Positions 26,227 through 33,843 of a stretch of DNA of 33,843 bases are shown piece by piece. The notes under the pieces are model-generated. The model had not been told where the DNA came from and searched no databases. It worked only from the letters and a program-made list of their open reading frames with translations. The stretch's first letter is position 1, and each line of letters starts with the position of its first letter. The position numbers and the translations under genes were made by a program. Source of the DNA: Clostridia bacterium (lineage in GTDB: Bacteria > Bacillota > Clostridia > Monoglobales > Firm-18); contig JAGCLT010000079.1 of the NCBI GenBank assembly GCA_017646825.1, positions 1 through 33,843 on the forward strand, given 5' to 3'.

Positions 26227-29200
26227 TTGCTTGAATTCAATAATTTTGATGCTATACAAATAGGACTTGCATCACCGGATAAAATCAGAGAATGGTCTCA
26301 CGGTGAAGTTAAAAAGCCCGAAACTATAAATTACAGAACTTTAAAACCGGAAAAAGACGGTTTGTTCTGCGAACGTATTTTCGGACCGCAAAAAGACTGG
26401 GAATGTCACTGCGGTAAATACAAAAGAATCAGATACAAGGGTATTATCTGCGACAAGTGCGGAGTTGAAATTACCAAAGCAAAAGTAAGAAGAGAAAGAA
26501 TGGGACACATTGAACTTGCTGCTCCCGTTTCTCACATCTGGTACTTTAAAGGTATCCCCAGCAGAATGGGACTTATCCTTGATATTTCTCCCAGAATACT
26601 TGAAAAAGTATTGTACTTTGCTTCTTATATAGTAACTAACCCCGGTAAGACACCTCTTTCAAAATACAGTGTTCTTTCAGAAAAAGAATACAAAGAGGCA
26701 GTTGAACGTTACGGTGACAAATTTGAAGCAGGTATGGGAGCAGAATCGGTTAAGAAACTTTTGGCTGAACTTGACTTGGAATCACTTTCAAGAGAGTTAA
26801 GAGAAGAGTTAAAAGATTCTGTAGGCCAGAAAAAAATCCGTATTGCTAAACGTCTTGACGTTGTTGAGTCATTCTTGCAAAGCGGTAACAAACCTGAATG
26901 GATGATTATGGATGTAATTCCTGTTATTCCGCCCGAAATCAGACCTATGGTGCAACTTGACGGCGGCAGATTTGCTACAAGTGATTTAAACGACCTTTAC
27001 AGACGTGTTATTAACAGAAACAACAGATTAAAACGTCTTCTTGAACTTGGTGCTCCAGACATTATCGTAAGAAATGAAAAGAGAATGCTTCAGGAAGCTG
27101 TTGACTCATTAATAGATAACGGCAGAAGAGGAAGACCTGTTACAGGCCCCGGAAACAGACCGCTAAAATCTCTTTCCGATATGCTTAAAGGTAAGCAGGG
27201 TCGTTTCAGACAGAACTTGCTTGGTAAACGTGTTGACTATTCAGGACGTTCCGTTATCGTTGTAGGTCCCGAACTTAAAATTTACCAGTGCGGTTTGCCA
27301 AAAGAAATGGCTATCGAATTGTTTAAGCCATTCGTTATGAAACGCCTTGTAAATGATGGTACTGCTCACAATATTAAATCTGCAAAGAGAATGGTTGAGC
27401 GTGTTCAAAACGAGGTATGGGACGTACTTGAAGATGTAATTAAAGAGCATCCGGTGTTACTGAACCGTGCTCCTACACTTCACAGACTTGGTATCCAGGC
27501 ATTTGAGCCGGTACTTGTAGAGGGTAGAGCGTTAAAACTTCATCCTCTTGTATGTACTGCGTACAACGCCGACTTTGACGGTGACCAAATGGCTGTTCAC
27601 GTACCTTTGTCATCAGAGGCTCAGGCGGAAGCAAGATTCTTAATGCTTTCTGCTAACAACCTTTTAAAACCTCAGGACGGACGCCCCGTTGCTGTTCCTA
27701 CTCAGGATATGGTACTTGGTGCGTACTACCTGACACTTTACAAAGCAGGAGAACCTGGCGAAGGCAAAGTATTCTCTTCATTTGACGAAGTTCTTCTTGC
27801 ATACAACGCAAAAGCAATTACACTTCATTCAGTAATCTTTGTAAAAACAAGCAAAGAGATTGATGGTAAAGTGTATAATGGTATCATCCAGACTACTTGC
27901 GGAAGAATTATCTTCAACGAAGTAATTCCTCAGGATTTGGGCTTTGTTGACAGAAGCAAGAAAGAAAATATCCTTGATTTGGAAATAGATGTTGTTAAAA
28001 CACCTGCTACCAAAAAAGAAATTGACAAACTGTTAAAAGCAGGAGAAATTACTGCAAGAGATATGGTTGTAACAAGAGTTGCTGAGGGCGACGGACCAAT
28101 GAAAGCACACTACTATCTTGTAAAAGACAAGAACGTTGTGGGTAAGAAAATGCTTGGCAAAATCGTTGACAAAGCAATCAGAACTCACGGCACTGCCGTT
28201 ACTGCAGATTTGCTTGATAAATTAAAAGCATTAGGCTTTAAATATTCAACAAGAGGTGCTATTACAATTTCCGTAAGCGATATGGAAATTCCTGAAGAAA
28301 AGAAACAGTTCCTTGCAGAGGCAGAAACAGAAGTTGAAAAAGTTACAAAGCAGTACAGAAGAGGTTTCTTAACAGACGAAGAAAGATACAACAACATTAT
28401 TGATATCTGGAACGATACAAGTAAAAAGGTATCTGAAGCACTTATGAAAAACCTTAATGAATATAATCCTATATTCATGATGGCTGACTCGGGTGCCCGT
28501 GGTAGTATCAATCAGATCAGACAGCTTGCCGCTATGCGTGGTCTTATGGCTGATACAACAGGTCGTCCCGTTGAAATTCCTATTCGTGCTAACTTCCGTG
28601 AAGGTCTTAACGTTTTGGAATATTTCATTTCAACTCACGGTGCAAGAAAAGGTCTTGCGGATACCGCTCTTAGAACTGCGGACTCAGGTTACTTAACAAG
28701 AAGACTTGTTGACGTATCACAGGACGTTATTATAAGAGAACATGACTGCGGTACAGAAGAATATATTGAAGTTTCCGACATCAAAGACGGTAACGAGTTA
28801 ATCGAAGGTTTGTTTGACAGACTTCACGGCAGATACACTGCCGAAGATGTAATTCACCCTGAAACAGGTGAAATAATCGTTCCAAAAGGAACACTTATGT
28901 TTGATAAAGAAGCAAACGCTATTGTAAAAGCCGGAGTTAAGGTTGTTAAAATCCGCTCTGTTCTTAAGTGTAAAGCAAAAGTGGGTGTTTGTGCTAAATG
29001 TTACGGTTCTAACCTTGCTCTTGCAAGTGCTATAAACGTAGGTGAAGCAGTTGGTATTATCGCTGCACAGTCAATCGGTGAGCCTGGTACTCAGTTAACA
29101 ATGAGAACTTTCCACACCGGTGGTGTTGCGGGAGACGATATCACACAAGGTTTGCCCCGTGTAGAAGAATTGTTTGAAGCAAGAAAACCAAAAGGTCTTG

Positions 29201-29901
29201 CAATTATTGCTGAAATAGCAGGACGCGTAAGTGTTTCAGAGAATAAGAAGAAGAAAGAAATCACTGTTCTAAATGACGAAACAGGCGAAGCAATTTCATA
29301 CTTCATTCCTTACGGTTCAAGAATTAAAGTTACTGACGGTCAGATAATCGAAGCAGGTGACGAACTTACAGAAGGTTCAGTAAATCCTCACGACATCTTG
29401 AAAATCAAAGGTGTTACAGCGGTTCAGAATTATTTGATTCAGGAAGTACAGAGAGTTTACAGACTTCAGGGTGTTGATATCAACGACAGACATATTGAAG
29501 TTATAGTAAAACAGATGATGCGTAAAGTTAAAGTTGAAGATGCGGGAGACACAATGCTTCTTGCAGGTTCACACGTTGACATTAATAAATTTGAAGAAGC
29601 AAATGCAGCACTAAAACCGGGACAGACACCGGCAACCTGCTCAAGTGTGTTGCTTGGTATTACAAAGGCTTCACTTGCTACAGATTCATTCCTGTCAGCA
29701 GCATCATTCCAGGAGACAACAAGAGTCCTTACCGAAGCAGCAATTAAAGGTAAGATTGACCCGCTGTTGGGACTTAAAGAAAGCGTTATTATCGGTAAAC
29801 TTATTCCAGCAGGTACAGGTATGCAATGCTACCGTGATGTAGAAGTTGCACAAGCTACTGAAACTGTTGGCGCTGTATCAGATGACGTTATAGTTGACTA
29901 A
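26227..29901 (+). CDS. rpoC: RNA polymerase beta' subunit
   Basis: NADFDGDQM active site; Zn finger CHCGKYK...CDKC; TTG at 26227 follows the RBS AGGAG. Confidence 0.98.
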   Translation: MLEFNNFDAIQIGLASPDKIREWSHGEVKKPETINYRTLKPEKDGLFCERIFGPQKDWECHCGKYKRIRYKGIICDKCGVEITKAKVRRERMGHIELAAPVSHIWYFKGIPSRMGLILDISPRILEKVLYFASYIVTNPGKTPLSKYSVLSEKEYKEAVERYGDKFEAGMGAESVKKLLAELDLESLSRELREELKDSVGQKKIRIAKRLDVVESFLQSGNKPEWMIMDVIPVIPPEIRPMVQLDGGRFATSDLNDLYRRVINRNNRLKRLLELGAPDIIVRNEKRMLQEAVDSLIDNGRRGRPVTGPGNRPLKSLSDMLKGKQGRFRQNLLGKRVDYSGRSVIVVGPELKIYQCGLPKEMAIELFKPFVMKRLVNDGTAHNIKSAKRMVERVQNEVWDVLEDVIKEHPVLLNRAPTLHRLGIQAFEPVLVEGRALKLHPLVCTAYNADFDGDQMAVHVPLSSEAQAEARFLMLSANNLLKPQDGRPVAVPTQDMVLGAYYLTLYKAGEPGEGKVFSSFDEVLLAYNAKAITLHSVIFVKTSKEIDGKVYNGIIQTTCGRIIFNEVIPQDLGFVDRSKKENILDLEIDVVKTPATKKEIDKLLKAGEITARDMVVTRVAEGDGPMKAHYYLVKDKNVVGKKMLGKIVDKAIRTHGTAVTADLLDKLKALGFKYSTRGAITISVSDMEIPEEKKQFLAEAETEVEKVTKQYRRGFLTDEERYNNIIDIWNDTSKKVSEALMKNLNEYNPIFMMADSGARGSINQIRQLAAMRGLMADTTGRPVEIPIRANFREGLNVLEYFISTHGARKGLADTALRTADSGYLTRRLVDVSQDVIIREHDCGTEEYIEVSDIKDGNELIEGLFDRLHGRYTAEDVIHPETGEIIVPKGTLMFDKEANAIVKAGVKVVKIRSVLKCKAKVGVCAKCYGSNLALASAINVGEAVGIIAAQSIGEPGTQLTMRTFHTGGVAGDDITQGLPRVEELFEARKPKGLAIIAEIAGRVSVSENKKKKEITVLNDETGEAISYFIPYGSRIKVTDGQIIEAGDELTEGSVNPHDILKIKGVTAVQNYLIQEVQRVYRLQGVDINDRHIEVIVKQMMRKVKVEDAGDTMLLAGSHVDINKFEEANAALKPGQTPATCSSVLLGITKASLATDSFLSAASFQETTRVLTEAAIKGKIDPLLGLKESVIIGKLIPAGTGMQCYRDVEVAQATETVGAVSDDVIVD

Positions 29902-29906
29902 TTATG

Positions 29907-29942
29907 TTTTCTGTCCCTTTTCACAGTAAAAGGGACAGAAAA
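29907..29942. other. Perfect 15-bp inverted repeat after rpoC (stem-loop lacking a 3' U-tract)
   Basis: TTTTCTGTCCCTTTT-CACAGT-AAAAGGGACAGAAAA. Confidence 0.8.
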
Positions 29943-29950
29943 ATAAAATC

Positions 29951-29979
29951 TTGACATCTGTCAGAGATTGTGGTAAAAT
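29951..29979 (+). promoter_or_regulatory. sigmaA promoter of the str operon
   Basis: TTGACA-17 nt-TAAAAT with TG extension. Confidence 0.75.
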
Positions 29980-29999
29980 ACTGGAGGTTTACTTCAATT

Positions 30000-30242
30000 A
30001 TGGTTGAAGAACTTAAAAGTGGCAATGTTTTGGTTGGGTTAAGACAGTTTTTGCGTGCAGCAGAAACAGGCGTAGCCCTAAAAGCATTTGTAGCAAAGGA
30101 CTGTGCGCCACATATTTTCAAAGAAATTACAGATAATTGTAATAAATACGGTATTACCGTGGAGTATATTGAAACTATGTCAGAACTTGGCAAAATATGC
30201 GGTATTGACGTAGGTGCTGCTGTTGCGGTAATCACAAAATAG
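30000..30242 (+). CDS. L7Ae/L30e-family ribosome-associated protein (YbxF-like)
   Basis: VGLRQ..RA, FVAKD, TMSELGKICGIDVGAAVA; canonical position before rpsL; ATG at 30000 follows GGAGG. Confidence 0.88.
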   Translation: MVEELKSGNVLVGLRQFLRAAETGVALKAFVAKDCAPHIFKEITDNCNKYGITVEYIETMSELGKICGIDVGAAVAVITK

Positions 30243-30301
30243 TTAGTGCATACATTTTAAATGTATTCATTATATATATCATAAATAGGAGGTGAAAGTA
30301 A

Positions 30302-30721
30302 TTGCCAACATTTAATCAATTGGTTAGAAAAGGCCGTGAGACTTCTGTTAAAAAGTCAACTGCTCCTGCTTTGTTGAAAGGTTTTAACTCTTTAAAGAAA
30401 AAAACAACTGATAAGAGTTCTCCTCAAAAGCGTGGTGTGTGCACAGTTGTTAAAACTATGACACCTAAAAAACCTAACTCTGCTCTTCGTAAAATTGCCA
30501 GAGTACGTTTAACAAACGGTATCGAGGTTTCTGCATACATTCCCGGTGTAGGACACAACATCCAGGAACATAGCGTTGTTTTAATCAGAGGCGGTAGAGT
30601 AAAAGACCTTCCCGGTGTTAGATATCACATTGTTCGTGGTACATTAGACGCTGCTGGTGTTAATGCTCGTCGTCAGTCAAGAAGTTTATACGGAGCAAAG
30701 AAACCAAAAGAAGGTAAGTAA
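30302..30721 (+). CDS. rpsL: 30S ribosomal protein S12
   Basis: [33 protein letters not shown]; TTG start follows AGGAGG. Confidence 0.98.
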   Translation: MPTFNQLVRKGRETSVKKSTAPALLKGFNSLKKKTTDKSSPQKRGVCTVVKTMTPKKPNSALRKIARVRLTNGIEVSAYIPGVGHNIQEHSVVLIRGGRVKDLPGVRYHIVRGTLDAAGVNARRQSRSLYGAKKPKEGK

Positions 30722-30728
30722 GAAAGAT

Positions 30729-30860
30729 TCTGTACCAAGGTGTACGGACAAATTACAAGTAAATTAGTGCGTTTCACCGTGGTATATTTTATATATATTC
30801 GGATTATTACGCACTGACGCAATAGGTGGCTATTGCGAGTACCTTGATAATTTTTTATCA
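30729..30860 (+). ncRNA. Structured rpsL-rpsG intercistronic RNA (candidate cis-regulatory element)
   Basis: Four helices: TCTGTAC/GTACGGA, TTAGTGCGT/ACGCACTGA, CGCAATAG/CTATTGCG and TGATAA/TTATCA. Confidence 0.5.
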
Positions 30861-30878
30861 TTAAAGGAGGGAAGGAAA

Positions 30879-31349
30879 GTGCCAAGAAGAGGTTTTGTAC
30901 CTAAGAGAGATGTGCTTCCAGACCCGTTATACGGAAGCAAAATTGTTACAAGATTGATTAACAATATTATGCTTGACGGTAAAAAGGGTGTTGCACAGAA
31001 AATTGTGTATGATGCATTCGACATCATTAAAGAAAAAACTTCAAAAGACCCTGTAGAGGTTTTTGAAGAAGCAATGAACAACATTATGCCTGTTTTAGAG
31101 GTTAAAGCAAGAAGAGTCGGCGGTGCTAACTATCAGGTTCCAATCGAAGTAAGACCTGAAAGAAGACAAACTCTTGGTCTTAGATGGCTTACAAACTATG
31201 CTCGTCTAAGAAACGAAAGAACTATGTCTGAAAGATTAGCGGCTGAACTTATGGATGCTGTTAACAGTACAGGCGGTGCTGTTAAAAAACGTGAAGATAC
31301 ACACAAGATGGCAGAGGCTAACAAAGCGTTTGCTCACTATCGTTGGTAA
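30879..31349 (+). CDS. rpsG: 30S ribosomal protein S7
   Basis: [31 protein letters not shown]. Confidence 0.98.
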   Translation: MPRRGFVPKRDVLPDPLYGSKIVTRLINNIMLDGKKGVAQKIVYDAFDIIKEKTSKDPVEVFEEAMNNIMPVLEVKARRVGGANYQVPIEVRPERRQTLGLRWLTNYARLRNERTMSERLAAELMDAVNSTGGAVKKREDTHKMAEANKAFAHYRW

Positions 31350-31388
31350 TATAGTTACTGACAACGAAGGAAAGGAGGAAACACGATT

Positions 31389-33497
31389 ATGGGTAGAGAG
31401 TATTCACTACAGAATACAAGAAATATCGGTATTATGGCTCACATTGATGCCGGTAAAACTACTACTACTGAAAGAATTTTGTACTATACCGGTATTAACC
31501 ATAAAATCGGTGAAACCCACGAAGGTTCTGCTACAATGGACTGGATGGCACAAGAGCAGGAAAGAGGTATTACAATTACTTCTGCTGCTACAACTTGTTT
31601 CTGGGCTAAAAAAGAAGGCTCAAAAGCAGGCGTAAAACACAGAATTAACATCATCGATACTCCCGGACACGTTGACTTCACAGTTGAGGTACAGCGTTCA
31701 CTAAGAGTATTGGACGGTTCTGTTACAGTTATGTGTGCTAAAGGTGGCGTTGAACCACAGTCTGAAACTGTATGGCGTCAGGCTGATGATTATGGCGTAC
31801 CGCGTATGATTTATGTAAATAAGATGGACATTATGGGTGCAGATTTCTATAATGTTGTATCTATGGTTAAAGACAGATTACACGCAAACGGTGTTCCGAT
31901 TCAGCTTCCTATCGGTGCTGAAGATACATTCAGAGGTATCATCGACCTTATGAAGATGAAAGCGGAAATCTACTACGATGAAATGGGTAAAGAATACGGC
32001 GAGGAAGAAATTCCTGCTGATATGCTTGAAAAAGCAGAAGAATACAGAGCAAATATGATTGAGGCTATTGCTGAAACAGACGAAGATTTGATGATGGCTT
32101 ATTTAGAGGGCGAAGAAATTCCTATGGAAGACCTTAAAAAAGCTCTTAGAAAAGCCACAATCAACAATGAAATCGTTCCTATGCTTTGTGGTACTTCTTA
32201 CAGAAACAAAGGTGTTCAGCTTCTATTGGATGCAGTTATTGATTATATGCCTGCTCCTACAGACGTTGCAAACATCAAAGGTATCAATACAGATACAGAT
32301 GAAGAAGAAGAAAGACCATCTTCTGACGATGCTCCATTTGCGGCTTTGGCATTTAAAATTGCCACAGACCCGTTTGTTGGTAAGATTTGCTACTTCAGAG
32401 TATATTCAGGTAGCATAGAATCAGGTTCATACGTTCTAAATGCTTGCAAAGGCAATAAAGAACGTTTGGGTAGAATTCTACAAATGCACGCTAACCACAG
32501 AGAAGATATCTCTGTAGTATATTCAGGTGATATCGCTGCTGCTGTTGGTCTTAAGAACACAACAACAGGTGATACACTTTGCGATGAAAAACATCCTATT
32601 ATTTTGGAATCTATGGAATTCCCTGAACCCGTTATCAGAGTTGCTATTGAACCAAAAACAAAAGCAGGTCAGGAAAAAATGGGTATCGCTTTATCAAAAC
32701 TTGCAGAAGAAGATCCAACATTCAAAACTTATACAGACGAAGAAACAGGTCAGACAATTATTGCCGGTATGGGTGAGTTACACCTTGAAATCATAGTTGA
32801 CAGACTACTTCGTGAATTTAAAGTTGAAGCTAATGTTGGTGAACCTCAGGTTTCATACAGAGAAGCTATCAGAAAGCCTGTTAAGGTTGATCACAAATAC
32901 GCAAGACAGTCTGGTGGTAAAGGTCAGTACGGTCACGTTGTTATTGAGGTTGAGCCTTCAGAAGCAGGTAAAGGTTACGAATTCGTTAATAAAATTGTGG
33001 GCGGTGCTATTCCTAAGGAATACATTCCTGCTGTTGACGCAGGTATCCAGGGCGCAATGCTAAACGGTGTACTTGCAGGTTACAACGTAGTTGACGTAAA
33101 AGTAACATTGGTTGACGGTTCATACCACGAAGTTGACTCATCAGAAATGGCGTTTAAGATTGCAGCGTCTATGGCATTTAAAGATGCTTGCCGTAAGGCA
33201 GACCCTGTACTAAAAGAACCTATTATGAAAGTTGACGTAATTGTTCCTGAAGAATATATGGGTGATGTTATGGGTGACCTTAACTCACGCCGTGGACAAA
33301 TCCAGGGTATGGAAGCAAGAACAGGTGCTCAGGCAATTTCTGCATTTGTTCCATTGTCAGAAATGTTCGGTTATGCAACTTCACTTCGTTCAAGTACTCA
33401 GGGCCGTGGTCAGTATGTAATGCAACCCAGCCACTATGAAGAAGTTCCGAAGAGCATTCAGGAAGCAATCATTGATTCAAAAAATAAAAATGCATAA
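31389..33497 (+). CDS. fusA: Elongation factor G
   Basis: [39 protein letters not shown]. Confidence 0.98.
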   Translation: MGREYSLQNTRNIGIMAHIDAGKTTTTERILYYTGINHKIGETHEGSATMDWMAQEQERGITITSAATTCFWAKKEGSKAGVKHRINIIDTPGHVDFTVEVQRSLRVLDGSVTVMCAKGGVEPQSETVWRQADDYGVPRMIYVNKMDIMGADFYNVVSMVKDRLHANGVPIQLPIGAEDTFRGIIDLMKMKAEIYYDEMGKEYGEEEIPADMLEKAEEYRANMIEAIAETDEDLMMAYLEGEEIPMEDLKKALRKATINNEIVPMLCGTSYRNKGVQLLLDAVIDYMPAPTDVANIKGINTDTDEEEERPSSDDAPFAALAFKIATDPFVGKICYFRVYSGSIESGSYVLNACKGNKERLGRILQMHANHREDISVVYSGDIAAAVGLKNTTTGDTLCDEKHPIILESMEFPEPVIRVAIEPKTKAGQEKMGIALSKLAEEDPTFKTYTDEETGQTIIAGMGELHLEIIVDRLLREFKVEANVGEPQVSYREAIRKPVKVDHKYARQSGGKGQYGHVVIEVEPSEAGKGYEFVNKIVGGAIPKEYIPAVDAGIQGAMLNGVLAGYNVVDVKVTLVDGSYHEVDSSEMAFKIAASMAFKDACRKADPVLKEPIMKVDVIVPEEYMGDVMGDLNSRRGQIQGMEARTGAQAISAFVPLSEMFGYATSLRSSTQGRGQYVMQPSHYEEVPKSIQEAIIDSKNKNA

Positions 33498-33504
33498 AAT
33501 GCAC

Positions 33505-33534
33505 TTGCTTTTTATGTAGTAGATGTAGTATAAT
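33505..33534 (+). promoter_or_regulatory. Internal sigmaA promoter for tuf
   Basis: TTGCTT-18 nt-TATAAT. Confidence 0.6.
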
Positions 33535-33578
33535 ATAAATAATAACAATAATCACTTATAATTAAGGAGGAAAAAACA

Positions 33579-33843
33579 ATGGCAAAGGCTAAATACGAAA
33601 GAAGCAAACCCCACGTTAACATTGGTACCATCGGTCACGTTGACCATGGTAAAACAACTCTTACAGCAGCTATCACAAAGGTATTAGGTATGAAAGGTCA
33701 GGCTGAATTTACTGACTACGCTAATATCGATAAAGCTCCTGAAGAAAGAGAAAGAGGTATTACAATTTCAACATCTCACGTTGAGTACGAAACAGACACA
33801 CGTCACTACGCTCACGTTGACTGCCCGGGCCACGCCGACTACA
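33579..33843 (+). CDS. tuf: Elongation factor Tu (3'-truncated by the window edge; absent from the ORF track)
   Basis: RBS AAGGAGG; [33 protein letters not shown]...ERGITI...[10 protein letters not shown]. Confidence 0.98.
   Translation, partial: MAKAKYERSKPHVNIGTIGHVDHGKTTLTAAITKVLGMKGQAEFTDYANIDKAPEERERGITISTSHVEYETDTRHYAHVDCPGHADY

Noticed and set aside
27997-28140. Mini-intein or intron in rpoC
   Set aside because: No Cys/Ser start or His-Asn end, too short, and the frame is uninterrupted; treated as a plain insertion.
774-33468. Numerous short ORFs overlapping or antisense to long genes (e.g. 774-1349, 2898-3323, 13994-14383, 28185-28511, 29921-30235, 31255-31635)
   Set aside because: They are shadows of well-supported genes, with no RBS or recognisable motifs.

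Overview
AT-rich chromosomal window from a spore-forming Clostridia-class bacterium (Bacillota). The left end (1-6.5 kb) is a tightly spaced three-gene cell-surface operon. It encodes (i) a 5'-truncated protein ending in a probable X-module plus dockerin, (ii) a secreted cohesin / 4x cadherin-like stalk / 3x SLH anchor protein, and (iii) a 1130-aa secreted Ig-like (Big_5) / beta-sandwich protein with an unrecognised C-terminal module. No catalytic CAZyme domain is visible, so this looks like a non-cellulolytic, cellulosome-style surface-display system and is the best novelty candidate here. Next come an AraC pseudogene, sporulation genes (spoIIAA-spoIIAB-sigF-sleB and an intact pro-sigK), an M23 peptidase-walR operon with a WalR box, a walK-like kinase displaced to the opposite strand behind rdgB, a sugar kinase / CHR transporter / deacetylase-like / epimerase cluster, and fprA. 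The window ends with the core rpoB-rpoC-L7Ae-rpsL-rpsG-fusA-tuf(partial) cluster. Other points of interest are a ~48-aa insertion in RpoC, a hairpin that buries the sigK RBS around a sigmaE-like -10, and a structured rpsL-rpsG spacer. All calls come from motif recognition by eye; no database searches were run.
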